Part shown: positions 9,081 through 19,152 of the stretch, piece by piece
Layout: every line of letters begins with the position of its first letter
Numbering within the stretch: position 1 is the first letter of the stretch
Assembly (NCBI GenBank): GCA_041667145.1
Contig: JBAYFP010000003.1
Span: 8,424-72,423, forward strand
DNA: 64,000 nucleotides
Direction: 5' to 3'
Source of the DNA: Minisyncoccota bacterium
GTDB lineage: Bacteria; Patescibacteriota; Minisyncoccia; Phycocordibacterales; UBA9973
Position numbers and translations under genes: made by a program
The notes under the pieces: model-generated
Databases searched by the model: none
Told to the model about the DNA's origin: nothing
The model's input: only the letters and a program-made list of their open reading frames with translations

Positions 9081-9230
9081 ATTTTCAGCAAGTGTAGCCT
9101 TTAAAATGCACACATAAAATAAAGCTTTATTTTTGCTCTGCTCGTCGTTCAAGAAAATAATAAATGGAATACCATTTTTATTTTCTAAACTCCTGCGCAA
9201 GGCATTTAAAATGCTACACTTGCTGAAAAT
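9081..9230. repeat. Long-arm MITE/REPIN-like element (29-bp inverted arms, internal hairpins)
   Basis: ATTTTCAGCAAGTGTAGCCTTTAAAATGC / GCATTTAAAATGCTACACTTGCTGAAAAT match 27/29; inner AGAAAATAATAAATGG-AATA-CCATTTTTATTTTCT. Confidence 0.9.
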
Positions 9231-9275
9231 ATCCACAATCAAAATCCCTTAAAAACATTAGCCTTGTTTTTCTTT

Positions 9276-9367
9276 AAAAATTTTTGATAAAGTATTATGT
9301 TTTTGGAGCTGGTCTGGGGCTCTGCCTCGAGGACCCGAGAAAAATATAAACTTTATCAAAAATTTTT
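9276..9367. repeat. Long-arm hairpin element with conserved 33-nt core, copy 1
   Basis: Core GAGCTGGTCTGGGGCTCTGCCTCGAGGACCCGA (9306-9338); about 28-bp arms with one bulge and one G.T. Confidence 0.92.
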
Positions 9368-9417
9368 TATTATAAAGTGAATTTAACTTAAATGATAAAA
9401 AGTGATAAAATGAACAT

Positions 9418-11616
9418 ATGGCAAAAAATGACAAACAGAAAAAGCAAAAAGGTAATAATGGAAATAAAGAATTTTTTAACAAATTAAAAACTGAAACAAA
9501 GCACGGAATTTGGGCAATTCTTTTTTTTGTTTTAGCAATATTTTTTTTAATGTCAATGTTCTCTTCTGCAGGAAAAGCTGGCAATTTTGTTTATGACTTT
9601 TTAAATTATTTCCTTGGTATCGGATATATTCTTCTTCCTATCCTTTTCATACTACTTGGATCTTCTTTTCTGAAATCAGAAACTCCAAATATCGGATGGA
9701 CACGCTCCATAAGTGGAACGATGTTCCTACTCTCAAGTCTCGGCATGATAGATGTCGTTTCTTCAGAGCATGCGGGAGGATTCTTGGGAAGGATTTTATC
9801 GACTCCACTCGTCGCATTGTTCGACGTCTATGCTAGTATAATTTTCCTTGGAGCAATCTTGATCATCTCCATTCTTGTGATGTTTGATGCTAGACTCGAT
9901 CTCGGTCCATCTTTGAAAAAGATCTGGGGACTTCTCATGAAAAAAAAAGATTTGTCTCTCAATACATTAAATGAAAATGAAATAAAAGAGGTAGAAAAAT
10001 CTATGCCGGAGGAAGAGGAGGACACAAAAGAAAAAGTAAAAAAAGTTTTAGGAATAAATAAAAAAGAGGAAGAAGAGGAGGAAGAGATGCCGATTAGAAA
10101 AAGAAAAGGTGGACTCGTATCCACTTATGTCCCTCCCCCGCTCTCATTACTAGAAGAGGATCAGGGTAAACCAAATACGGGAGACATCAAAGCTAATGCG
10201 AATATCATCAAACGCACTCTCGCAAACTTTGGCATTGAAGTCGAGATGGACGAGATAACCATCGGGCCTACAGTGACACGTTACGCATTGAAACCAGCCG
10301 AGGGGGTGAAGCTCTCACGTATAGTAGGATTGCAAAATGACTTAGCACTATCTCTCGCAGCACATCCTATCCGTATCGAAGCTCCTATCCCCGGCAAGTC
10401 ACTCGTCGGTATTGAGATACCAAATAAATCGAAATCCATAGTCGGGCTAGCCACACTACTTGCAGATAGTAAGTTTCAAAATTCTTCAAAGCCTCTCACT
10501 GTGGCACTCGGTCGCGAAATTTCTGGTAAGGCACTTTTTGGAAACCTCGCAAAAATGCCACATTGCCTTGTGGCAGGTACGACTGGATCTGGAAAATCGG
10601 TGACAATACATTCTATGATCGCTTCCCTTCTCTACAGAAACGGACCAGACGATTTGAAGCTAATTTTGATAGATCCAAAACGTGTTGAGCTCACTCTTTA
10701 CAACAACATTCCTCACCTACTCACACCTGTAATAACTGAAGCTAAAAAAACAATCCTTGCCCTAAAATGGGCTGCTAGAGAAATGGATCGCCGTTATGAC
10801 ATATTAGAAGCAGAATCTGTACGAGACATTGAGTCTTATCACACCAACATATTTGGCAAAAATCCTAAAAAGACCAAAACCGACGATAATGGTGTAAAAA
10901 CTGAAGTAGATGCAGATCGTTTGCCATACATTGTCATTATAATAGACGAATTAGCAGATATTATGAGCTCTTACCCAAGAGAACTCGAATCCGCAATCGT
11001 CCGTCTCGCACAAATGTCTAGGGCTGTAGGCATACATTTGATTCTTTCTACTCAACGTCCAGAAGTGAATGTCATCACCGGGCTCATTAAGGCAAACATT
11101 CCTGCTCGTATCGCTTTAAAAGTATCTTCACAGATAGACTCACGTACAATCCTCGATGCTGGTGGAGCAGAAAAACTCTTAGGTGCTGGTGATATGCTTT
11201 ATTCCTCAGGAGAAGCTCAGCCAGAACGTTTACAAAGCGCATTCATATCGGAAACAGAAGTCAAAAAAGTTGTTAAATATTTAGTAGATGCATATAAAGA
11301 TGAAATATCCGATGAAATATCTCTAACGACAGGATCAATATCTGCTGATAAAAGCATTTTTGAAAGTACACTAGAAGATGAGGACAATGATGATGACGAT
11401 GAAATGTATGAGGAAGCTAGACTCTGTGTGATAGAGGCAGGAAAAGCATCAACTTCATATCTTCAAAGAAAATTAAAACTTGGCTATGCTCGTGCGGCTC
11501 GACTTATGGATAAACTCGAAGAGCGTGGAGTGATAAGTGCAGGTGATGGTGCCAAACCAAGAGAAGTATTAGAAAAAATTGAACATGATGAAAATGGAGA
11601 CAACCTGGTCCAGTAA
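9418..11616 (+). CDS. ftsK: DNA translocase FtsK/SpoIIIE
   Basis: 4TM N-terminus, HCLVAGTTGSGKS, LILIDPKRVEL, IIIDELAD, STQRP, GAEKLLGAGDML, gamma domain LGYARAARLMD. Confidence 0.97.
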   Translation: MAKNDKQKKQKGNNGNKEFFNKLKTETKHGIWAILFFVLAIFFLMSMFSSAGKAGNFVYDFLNYFLGIGYILLPILFILLGSSFLKSETPNIGWTRSISGTMFLLSSLGMIDVVSSEHAGGFLGRILSTPLVALFDVYASIIFLGAILIISILVMFDARLDLGPSLKKIWGLLMKKKDLSLNTLNENEIKEVEKSMPEEEEDTKEKVKKVLGINKKEEEEEEEMPIRKRKGGLVSTYVPPPLSLLEEDQGKPNTGDIKANANIIKRTLANFGIEVEMDEITIGPTVTRYALKPAEGVKLSRIVGLQNDLALSLAAHPIRIEAPIPGKSLVGIEIPNKSKSIVGLATLLADSKFQNSSKPLTVALGREISGKALFGNLAKMPHCLVAGTTGSGKSVTIHSMIASLLYRNGPDDLKLILIDPKRVELTLYNNIPHLLTPVITEAKKTILALKWAAREMDRRYDILEAESVRDIESYHTNIFGKNPKKTKTDDNGVKTEVDADRLPYIVIIIDELADIMSSYPRELESAIVRLAQMSRAVGIHLILSTQRPEVNVITGLIKANIPARIALKVSSQIDSRTILDAGGAEKLLGAGDMLYSSGEAQPERLQSAFISETEVKKVVKYLVDAYKDEISDEISLTTGSISADKSIFESTLEDEDNDDDDEMYEEARLCVIEAGKASTSYLQRKLKLGYARAARLMDKLEERGVISAGDGAKPREVLEKIEHDENGDNLVQ

Positions 11617-11944
11617 AAAAATATTAAAAATAGGAGCTTTATTGATTTTGTCGCTTTTTATTATTTTTTATGCTTTTTTTATATCAAGAGATTTGATTTT
11701 CGGTGTAAAAATAAAAAACGTAAATATAACAGATGGAGCTAAAATGACAAATAATGTCGTCCAAATAACAGGAAATGCTAAAAATGCTGTGAGTTTAACG
11801 TTAAATGACAGAGCCATATCAGTAGATCAACAAGGAAATTTCAACGAGACAATAGCCCTACTTTCAGGCTATAATATAGTGACCCTTTATGCTCGTGATG
11901 AGTTTGGGAATAGTGACGAAAAAGATTATAAATTAATGTATTAA
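11594..11944 (+). CDS. Membrane-anchored Ig-like domain protein
   Basis: TM helix followed by ITG..K.A..LTLN...VD.QGNF...L.SGYN.V.L.ARD.FGN; start uncertain (11579-11594). Confidence 0.65.
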   Translation: METTWSSKKILKIGALLILSLFIIFYAFFISRDLIFGVKIKNVNITDGAKMTNNVVQITGNAKNAVSLTLNDRAISVDQQGNFNETIALLSGYNIVTLYARDEFGNSDEKDYKLMY

Positions 11945-12034
11945 TTAAATGATTCTTCTTTTTTAAAGGTCCTCGGTTCCCTGGGTCCCCTACCCCAGCC
12001 AGACCATTTAAAAAAGTAAAATCATTCAATTAAT
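11940..12034. repeat. Long-arm hairpin element upstream of recA
   Basis: ATTAATTAAATGATTCTTCTTTTTTAAAGGTC ... GACCATTTAAAAAAGTAAAATCATTCAATTAAT (3 mismatches, 1 bulge); core contains TGGGTCCCCTACCC. Confidence 0.88.
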
Positions 12035-12048
12035 AAAAAGCAAACAAT

Positions 12049-13089
12049 ATGCAAAAGAAAAAAGAGAAAAAGGAAGATAAGACAATGGGTGTATCAATGC
12101 TTGATGACACAATAAAAGCGATACAAGCAAAATTCGGAGAAGGATCTATCATGAAGCTTGGTGATTCACCAAAAGTAGATATAAATACAATACCGACGGG
12201 TTCCATCGGACTCGATATGGCACTCGGTGTCGGAGGTATACCTCGCGGAAGAATTATTGAGATATTTGGCCCCGAATCTTCTGGTAAGACTACCCTTTCC
12301 CTTCACATAGTGGCCGAAGCACAAAAGCTTGGAGGTGTCTGCGCATACATAGATGCTGAACATGCTATGGATCCAGAGTACACAAGAAAACTCGGAGTCA
12401 ACATCGATAATCTATTAATCTCTCAACCAGATACAGGTGAACAAGCACTTGAAATAGTAGAAAGTCTCGTGCGAACAGGGAAAATCGACGTCGTCGTCGT
12501 GGACTCTGTCGCTGCCCTCACCCCAAAAGATGAAATCGAGGGAGATATGGGAGCATATCATGTAGGTAAACAAGCCAGACTCATGTCCCAAGCACTTCGT
12601 AAACTCACAGCTATCGTTTCTAGAAGCAAAACCGTCGTTATTTTTATCAATCAAATAAGAATGCAAATAGGAGTGATGTTTGGCAACCCTGAAACAACTC
12701 CAGGAGGAAAAGCTCTCAAGTTCTACACTTCTGTCAGACTTGATATACGAAAAATAGCTCAAATTAAAAAAGGAGAAGATATCGTCGGAAGTCGTACACG
12801 CGTAAAAGTAGTCAAAAATAAAGTCGCTGCGCCTTTCAAACAAACAGAATTTGATATTATCTATAACGAAGGAATCTCAAAAGAAGGCGAAGTAATAGCC
12901 TTAGGAGAGAAATTTAAAATCGTAGAAAAGACTGGCAATTCATATTTTTATATGCCTGCCGGAGAAAAAGCTGAGAAAGTAAAGCTCGGTGTAGGTTATG
13001 ATTCTACACGTACGTTCTTAAAAGAAAATTACAAAATAGCAGAACAAATATTAAAAGAGATTCGTAAAAAGTTTTCAGAAGAAATCTAA
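12049..13089 (+). CDS. recA: Recombinase A
   Basis: [44 protein letters not shown]. Confidence 0.99.
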   Translation: MQKKKEKKEDKTMGVSMLDDTIKAIQAKFGEGSIMKLGDSPKVDINTIPTGSIGLDMALGVGGIPRGRIIEIFGPESSGKTTLSLHIVAEAQKLGGVCAYIDAEHAMDPEYTRKLGVNIDNLLISQPDTGEQALEIVESLVRTGKIDVVVVDSVAALTPKDEIEGDMGAYHVGKQARLMSQALRKLTAIVSRSKTVVIFINQIRMQIGVMFGNPETTPGGKALKFYTSVRLDIRKIAQIKKGEDIVGSRTRVKVVKNKVAAPFKQTEFDIIYNEGISKEGEVIALGEKFKIVEKTGNSYFYMPAGEKAEKVKLGVGYDSTRTFLKENYKIAEQILKEIRKKFSEEI

Positions 13090-13661
13090 ACTCTCTCTAC
13101 ATATTCTCCTGTTTCAGTATTTACACGGATAGTATCTCCCTCTTCTATAAACATCGGAGCATTTAATGTCGTGCCATTTTCTAAAGTAATCGTCTTGTTA
13201 CCACTCTTTGAGGTGTCTCCTCTTACCGCTGGAGGTGCTTCTTTTACTTTGAATTCCATTTTAATAGGTAAAGTTATTTTGATGATTTTTTCTTCATCTT
13301 CTTCATTACTCCAAACCAAAGCTATAACTATTCCATTTTCTTTAAAGAATTTACCAGCATCTCCAACAAGAGAGCTATCTAATTTAAATCTATTTTTTAA
13401 ATCATCTGGAGGACAAAACCAGTATTCTCCTTTATTATGATAAAGAAATTTTATTTCTCTTTTTTCTATATCCGCTTCATCAGCAGAATCAGAAACATGA
13501 AAGGTAGCAGCAATCGTTTTGCCTGAAATCAAGCTTTTCAACTTTACTTGGTTTTGTGGTTTTCTTTGCTGAGTTCTTGCTACATGTGAATCTATAACTT
13601 CACAAGGTTCATCACCATAGATAATAATCTTTTTTTCTCTAATTTCGTTATATTGAAGCAT
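13086..13661 (-). CDS. efp: Elongation factor P
   Basis: [36 protein letters not shown]; tip loop ARTQQRKP. Confidence 0.95.
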   Translation of the reverse strand: MLQYNEIREKKIIIYGDEPCEVIDSHVARTQQRKPQNQVKLKSLISGKTIAATFHVSDSADEADIEKREIKFLYHNKGEYWFCPPDDLKNRFKLDSSLVGDAGKFFKENGIVIALVWSNEEDEEKIIKITLPIKMEFKVKEAPPAVRGDTSKSGNKTITLENGTTLNAPMFIEEGDTIRVNTETGEYVERV

Positions 13662-13713
13662 GTTTTCTATACTATAGAAATAGTATTTCTAGTTAATTTT
13701 ATAATTAAACTAT

Positions 13714-13914
13714 TTATCTAGCTACAAAAGGTAGTAAACCTAAAAATCGAGCATTTTTGATAGCACTAGCTAAAGCGCGTTGATTCTTCATCGTCACACC
13801 TGTACGCTTGTGATTCATAATCTTCCCATTAGGATTTAAAAACTTTTTAAGGATATCTATGTCCTTGTAGTCTATGTATTTTATATTGTTCGCTGAAAAA
13901 TAATCTTGTTTCAT
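13714..13914 (-). CDS. rpsR: 30S ribosomal protein bS18 (Zn-free)
   Basis: [39 protein letters not shown]. Confidence 0.97.
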   Translation of the reverse strand: MKQDYFSANNIKYIDYKDIDILKKFLNPNGKIMNHKRTGVTMKNQRALASAIKNARFLGLLPFVAR

Positions 13915-13926
13915 ATTTTTTTATAA

Positions 13927-14385
13927 TTAAAATGGTATATCTTCTGGATTAATGTCTTCTTCTGGATACTCTATGGTATCTATTTCTTCAGGACCTTTCG
14001 CATTTTGAGCTTTCCCTCCATCTACACTTTGTACACTAGGGCTCGAACCACCACTACTCTTTGGACCAAATTGCGTACGATCAGCTACTATTTCTGTGCG
14101 ATATTTCTTTTCTCCACTTGTTTTATCATCCCAACTCCTTGTCTGCATTCTACCTTCGACTAATATTGAACTCCCCTTTTTCATATATTGAGCGACTGTC
14201 TCTGCTTGTCGCCCAAATACTACAACATTGTGATAATCAGTAGATTCCTGACGTGCACCATTCTTATCTTTCCAGACACGATTTGTGGCAAGAGAGAAAG
14301 AACAAACTTTAATACCTGAAGGGAGAGAACGGATTTCTGGATCACGAGTAAGATTTCCTATTACAATTGCTTTATTTAAATACAT
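13927..14385 (-). CDS. ssb: Single-stranded DNA-binding protein
   Basis: LNKAIVIGNLTRDPE, VEGRMQTRSW, C-terminal EDIPF. Confidence 0.98.
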   Translation of the reverse strand: MYLNKAIVIGNLTRDPEIRSLPSGIKVCSFSLATNRVWKDKNGARQESTDYHNVVVFGRQAETVAQYMKKGSSILVEGRMQTRSWDDKTSGEKKYRTEIVADRTQFGPKSSGGSSPSVQSVDGGKAQNAKGPEEIDTIEYPEEDINPEDIPF

Positions 14386-14412
14386 AATTTTATTTTTTGT
14401 ATTAATTAATAA

Positions 14413-14901
14413 TTAAACTGCAACCATCGCATCTATCTCTTTATCTATCTCCTCTTTATCGATAGGTAGAGAAGTCTCATTTTCACCTTCTTTTTTAGGA
14501 CTTGATACTTTCTTTCTAGAATCTTTATGAATAAATCTCTTTGCGGCAATAGTATTCTCTTTGACAGTCTTCAAGATCAAAAATCTGATAAAGTTTGGAT
14601 CAAGATCCAACTTTTTCTTCAATTCTAAAACTTTCTCAGGATTCATCTCAAATTTGACCCAACCAAAATAAGCTGAATCAAATTTACTTCGAACGTTTTG
14701 AACAACCTTGGACATCGTATAAGCAAGAGAGATCATTCTTGGCATCTCGTCTGAAATGATTTCCCCACCTAAACTAACAACAAGATCCTTCAAACTACTA
14801 TATACACCTGGCATACTTTCCTCTCCTAATGTAGGTACTAAAAGATAACCAACCTCATAAACACGAGAATTTATCTCTACATCTTCATTATTATTTTCCA
14901 T
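14413..14901 (-). CDS. rpsF: 30S ribosomal protein bS6
   Basis: YEVGYLLVP, LAY, AYFGWVKF, IRFLI; rpsF-ssb-rpsR synteny. Confidence 0.93.
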   Translation of the reverse strand: MENNNEDVEINSRVYEVGYLLVPTLGEESMPGVYSSLKDLVVSLGGEIISDEMPRMISLAYTMSKVVQNVRSKFDSAYFGWVKFEMNPEKVLELKKKLDLDPNFIRFLILKTVKENTIAAKRFIHKDSRKKVSSPKKEGENETSLPIDKEEIDKEIDAMVAV

Positions 14902-14933
14902 TTAGCTATAAATTTTAAATTATTTTTAATAAA

Positions 14934-15004
14934 TCTCACTTCGGACCTTCACCCCGCCATCGGCGAGGGTTTGTGTTCCGACTATAAGGCCGGAACAAAT
15001 GAGA
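14934..15004 (-). promoter_or_regulatory. Structured rpsF leader, candidate S6:S18-binding RNA
   Basis: TGcTAGTAT -10 at 15012-15020; closing stem UCUCAUUU/AAGUGAGA, two inner hairpins, unpaired CCG. Confidence 0.6.
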
Positions 15005-15029
15005 CTCAAATATACTAGCAATATTAAAC

Positions 15030-15965
15030 CTAAATGTCAAAAAGCTTTCTAGCATTATTTACGATCGTTTTTGCCACTTCTTCTAGAGAAAGACCCTTTA
15101 TCTCCGCAATTCTTTTAACTATCTCTTTAACATAAACAGGCTCATTACGTTTTCCACGATAAGGAATCGGTGCCATATATGGTGAATCTGTATCAGCCAA
15201 TATCATTTCTAGGGAAATATTTTTTATTATTCCCTCATAATCACAATTCCTTCCATTTTTTCTTTTTGGATAAGTGATGGCACCAGTAAAAGAAATCATA
15301 AAACCAAAGGATATAAAATCTTTCGCATTTTCTAAACTGCCTTCAAAAAAATGTATAACACCTTTAACTTTTGCATGTTTCTTTAAAATTTTTAATAAAT
15401 CATCATATGCATTTCTTTTTTCATCTTCATAATTATTCCTAACATGAATCATCAAAGGCTTACCTACCTCATTTGCCAACTTGATTTGTTCAATTAGAGC
15501 TTTCTCTTGCTTTTCTATCGAATTTTCGTCCAAATGAAAATAATCAAGGCCACACTCACCTATAGCTACGACTTTCGGATCTTTCGCAAGTTCTAAATAA
15601 ATTTTTTTATCAAAAATCTCTCCACGGGAAGTAAACCCGGTAGTGAATGTTGGCGATGCACTTTTAGTGCGTGGCGAAGCCACATCGCCAACATCTACTA
15701 ACCGGGTAAATTCTTTTTCTATTACACCCAATTCTTCATCATCATGAAAAGATTTATCTGTATGTATAGGATGTAATCCAATAATTGCAAAAACACCTTC
15801 ATCGTATCTATGAGCCAACTTGATCGCTTCACGCGAAGTATCAATCTGCGTTCCTACATTAAAAAACCAAGTATCATTATCTAACGCTCTACGAACGACG
15901 GCATCATGGTCTTCTTCAAAAACCTTAAAATTAACATGAGCATGTATATCTATATATTTTGGCAT
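15030..15965 (-). CDS. tatD: TatD family nuclease carrying a 75-nt in-frame palindromic insertion
   Basis: IDIHAH, GLHP, AIGECGLDY, MIHVR, IHFF, DTDSPY, RGKRNEP. Confidence 0.93.
   Translation of the reverse strand: MPKYIDIHAHVNFKVFEEDHDAVVRRALDNDTWFFNVGTQIDTSREAIKLAHRYDEGVFAIIGLHPIHTDKSFHDDEELGVIEKEFTRLVDVGDVASPRTKSASPTFTTGFTSRGEIFDKKIYLELAKDPKVVAIGECGLDYFHLDENSIEKQEKALIEQIKLANEVGKPLMIHVRNNYEDEKRNAYDDLLKILKKHAKVKGVIHFFEGSLENAKDFISFGFMISFTGAITYPKRKNGRNCDYEGIIKNISLEMILADTDSPYMAPIPYRGKRNEPVYVKEIVKRIAEIKGLSLEEVAKTIVNNARKLFDI
15635..15707. repeat. Branched (two-loop) palindromic element inside tatD
   Basis: ACCCGG..ATGTTGGCGAT [GCACT-TTT-AGTGC][GTGGC-GAA-GCCAC] ATCGCCAACAT..CCGGGT; GTAAA repeated 75 nt apart. 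Confidence 0.9.
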
Positions 15966-15974
15966 GTTATTTAT

Positions 15975-16583
15975 TTACTGAATGGAATTCATTATCGCTC
16001 TTCTGAACCTTTCAAGGTCTATCTCATTTGAAACAAGCTTTTGTCTTAACATTCTGCTAATCTCTATCTGTAAACCTTTACCGCTATTCCCTTTATTACA
16101 TATATTTTCTATACTAACACCCTTGAGAGTCGAATCAGCATCAGCAATTTCTACAGGGAAATCTACATTTAATAATTGCTGTTTTACCTTTAAAATGAGT
16201 TCCTTATCCAATCCCCCTAAGGTGATCTTCTCAACATCATTTCCCTTCATTCCATGAATAGTAATAACTCTATCAACACTTTTAGCTAATTCTAAAGCTT
16301 GTGGTTCATCAAATGAATTACTACTTATATGCATAAGAAAATTATTAGAACCTTTTTTACCTACGAAAGAATAAAAAGAATATTCATTACCAGCTAAATA
16401 ATGTACAATCTCTGTCGTGCCCGGCTCGATCTTTCCTCCATGAGGAGCAAAGAAAGCAATCTGTGAATCACGTTTTTCTATTTGAATATCAAAATCTTCA
16501 CCTTGGATTTCTGACTTTACCAAGTCTGCGAAAGAATTATAGGACATTCTTTCATTTTCTTTGTTTGGAAATTCTTCAACCAT
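15975..16583 (-). CDS. Poly-gamma-glutamate hydrolase family protein (PghP/YjqB-like)
   Basis: APHGGKIEPGTTE, HISS..FDEP, ITIHG, LKG...NICN, GLQIEIS..LR. Confidence 0.85.
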   Translation of the reverse strand: MVEEFPNKENERMSYNSFADLVKSEIQGEDFDIQIEKRDSQIAFFAPHGGKIEPGTTEIVHYLAGNEYSFYSFVGKKGSNNFLMHISSNSFDEPQALELAKSVDRVITIHGMKGNDVEKITLGGLDKELILKVKQQLLNVDFPVEIADADSTLKGVSIENICNKGNSGKGLQIEISRMLRQKLVSNEIDLERFRRAIMNSIQ

Positions 16584-16601
16584 AATAAATTAGTTAATAT
16601 T

Positions 16602-18047
16602 TTATTCCCTCCTCAAAAACAACGGCTTCTCTGGCTTTTTGTTTTCCCTGATCAACTCCTGAATTTTTTGTGATGTCTCTGGGAGAGCTGGTTCTATAGC
16701 CAATGCTGCCTTATATAAATGTAGTAATAAATAATGTACATCTTTTTCTGCCTCTTCTTTATTTATTTTAATTTTTTTAAATGGCTCATTTTTTTGGATA
16801 TACTCATCTAAGCTACCTAAACAACTCCAAATCCAATTTATAAATTTATGAATATCATAATTTTCAAGATCCTCCCTTTTTTCTTCAAAATATTTGATAT
16901 TTAACTCATCTTTATTTAATTTCACTCCATAGTTTACTGCCATAGTCATTATTCTCGAAACTAAATTGCCTAACCCGTTTGCAAGCCCTGAATTATAAGC
17001 ATCTTTAAATCTCTCTATAGTAAATGGGCTATCTTCAAAGCTACTTATTTCTCTCAAAAGAAAATATCGCAAAGCATCAATCCCATATTCATTCACAATA
17101 TCTCTCGGATCAACTCCATTACCTAATGATTTAGACATTCTGACTCCACCCTCGCCCGTGATAAAACCATCCACAATTACTTGATGAGAATTTGGTAATC
17201 CCGCAGCCATAAGCATAGCTTGCCACATAGCCCCCTGAAAACGAGTATTATCTTTGCCACAGTATTGTGTAGGAGTACCATCTACCCAGAATTTTTCGAA
17301 TTGTTCTTTATTTTCGGGCCAACCAAGTGTAGAGATATAATTTACTAATGCATCAAACCAAACATACATGACTTGGTCAGAATCACCTGGTACTTCTATC
17401 CCCCAAGGCATTTTTGATTTTAATCTTGAAATAGAAAAATCTTGTGAACCATTCTTAACAAAAGTTTTTATTTCATTAAAACGGAAATCTGGTATTATAA
17501 AATTTGGATTTTTTTCATAAAAATGGAGAAGTTTATCAGCAAATGCACTATATTTGAAAAAATAATTCTCTTCGTTGATTATAGAAACTTTTACGCCTCT
17601 ATGTTCTTTGCATTCATCATTTTCTAATTCAGAATCGGTCTTTTCACTTTCACACCCGATACAATATTTTGATTCATAATTTTTTTTATATATAAAACCA
17701 TTTTTCGCGACAAGTTCCCAAAAATATTGCGCAGATTCAACATGATGTTTGTCTGTAGTGCGAACGAAGTGTATATCTTCTGTAACTCCAAACATTTTTA
17801 TCTGATCCCTAAATGTCTCAAAAGCTTCATTCACAAAACTTTGAACTTCTTTTCCTTTTTCTTTTGCCTTTTCATAAATTTTCATTCCATGCTCGTCAGT
17901 ACCAGTATTAAAATATACATCAAATTGAGCAAGCTTTTTATAACGAGCGATCGTATCTGCCCTGACAAGCTCAAGTGCATGCCCCATGTGAAGAGGTGCA
18001 TTCACATAAGGTAGTGTCGTTGTTAAATAAAAACTATTTTTTTTCAT
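16602..18047 (-). CDS. metG: Methionyl-tRNA synthetase (short form)
   Basis: LPYVNAPLHMGH, TGTDEHG, YVWFDALVNY, GKD, RMSKSLGN. Confidence 0.96.
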   Translation of the reverse strand: MKKNSFYLTTTLPYVNAPLHMGHALELVRADTIARYKKLAQFDVYFNTGTDEHGMKIYEKAKEKGKEVQSFVNEAFETFRDQIKMFGVTEDIHFVRTTDKHHVESAQYFWELVAKNGFIYKKNYESKYCIGCESEKTDSELENDECKEHRGVKVSIINEENYFFKYSAFADKLLHFYEKNPNFIIPDFRFNEIKTFVKNGSQDFSISRLKSKMPWGIEVPGDSDQVMYVWFDALVNYISTLGWPENKEQFEKFWVDGTPTQYCGKDNTRFQGAMWQAMLMAAGLPNSHQVIVDGFITGEGGVRMSKSLGNGVDPRDIVNEYGIDALRYFLLREISSFEDSPFTIERFKDAYNSGLANGLGNLVSRIMTMAVNYGVKLNKDELNIKYFEEKREDLENYDIHKFINWIWSCLGSLDEYIQKNEPFKKIKINKEEAEKDVHYLLLHLYKAALAIEPALPETSQKIQELIRENKKPEKPLFLRRE

Positions 18048-19113
18048 TTTTTTCTCTAGCAAAAGTTTTATGTTTTTCAAGGTCACTTAATAATTCCATC
18101 AAAAAGACAGACACAGGAATGGCTAAAACTAAACCCCAAAAACTACCTAATTCAAAACCGACGACTGCAGCAATGATCACCACAAGTGGAGAAAGACCAA
18201 CTACGCTCTTTATAATAAGAGGAGAAAATAGAAAAACTTCAAATTGATGAAGGATGGTATAAGCTCCAGCAACCATAAGTGCACTTCCTATTCCTCCCGA
18301 AAGAAAAGAAAAGGAAACAGCAGGAATAAGTGCAACCAAAATACCGTAAGGAACAAGCTCCATTATTCCAGCGATAATAGCCAAAAGAAGAGCATATTGA
18401 ATACCCATAATAGACAACATAAGGTAAGTCAGAATGGTTATGAGTACACCAAGAAGCATCTGCCCCTTCATCCATAATGCTATCTTCCTTCGAGAACGCT
18501 CCCATAAATCTACTGCATATTCCTCATACTCTATAGGTAAAATAATTCTCAAAAAATTCTCTATACCTTTCTCTTGGATCGAAAGATAAAAAGAAATTAA
18601 AACAATAAGCACAACGTTAAAAATACTTCCGAAAGCGACAGAAAGTACTTGGAAGAATCCACCAGAAAGATTGGTGATAAATGCTCTTGAAGTATCAAGC
18701 AATGTGGTAAGAGACAAACTATGAGAAAGATTGCTAACGATATCTTTGGCTCCAGCAAATGCGTCATTCTTGAAATAATTTATTATAGAAGAATCTGGAG
18801 CATAGGCAGACAAAAAAACAGAAAAGTTATAAATTTCAGTTATTAAGAGTGGAACGAAAAGATAAAATAAAAATGCTAAGAAAAGAATCGCCGAAGCATA
18901 CATTATAACTACTGCTAAAATACGATTGACTTTTATCTTTCTAAAATGTGGAACTCCTGACTCTACAAAAGAAGCTATAATAATAGCTGTCAAAAGAACA
19001 AGGAATAAATCCCTCAAGAACCAAATCAAGAAAAATGCAAGCGCAACTAAAAAGAAACGAATTATCGTCCCAGTATTTATTGAAATAGAAGTAATATTAT
19101 TCTTCTCAAACAT
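18034..19113 (-). CDS. AI-2E family transporter
   Basis: Multiple TM helices, WMKGQ, ELVPY.G, QFE...SP.I...VGLSP. Confidence 0.88.
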   Translation of the reverse strand: MFEKNNITSISINTGTIIRFFLVALAFFLIWFLRDLFLVLLTAIIIASFVESGVPHFRKIKVNRILAVVIMYASAILFLAFLFYLFVPLLITEIYNFSVFLSAYAPDSSIINYFKNDAFAGAKDIVSNLSHSLSLTTLLDTSRAFITNLSGGFFQVLSVAFGSIFNVVLIVLISFYLSIQEKGIENFLRIILPIEYEEYAVDLWERSRRKIALWMKGQMLLGVLITILTYLMLSIMGIQYALLLAIIAGIMELVPYGILVALIPAVSFSFLSGGIGSALMVAGAYTILHQFEVFLFSPLIIKSVVGLSPLVVIIAAVVGFELGSFWGLVLAIPVSVFLMELLSDLEKHKTFAREKNEKK

Positions 19114-19152
19114 ATCATTATAGTACCATAAAATATTAAATTTTAAAAACAC

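Noticed and set aside
1733-9237. DnaA-box cluster as oriC
   Set aside because: Boxes are spread over five spacers, dnaA/dnaN are absent and gene orientation does not switch; only genome-wide GC skew could settle it.
15635-15707. Self-splicing intron or intein in tatD
   Set aside because: Far too short, with no group I/II core or intein terminal residues.
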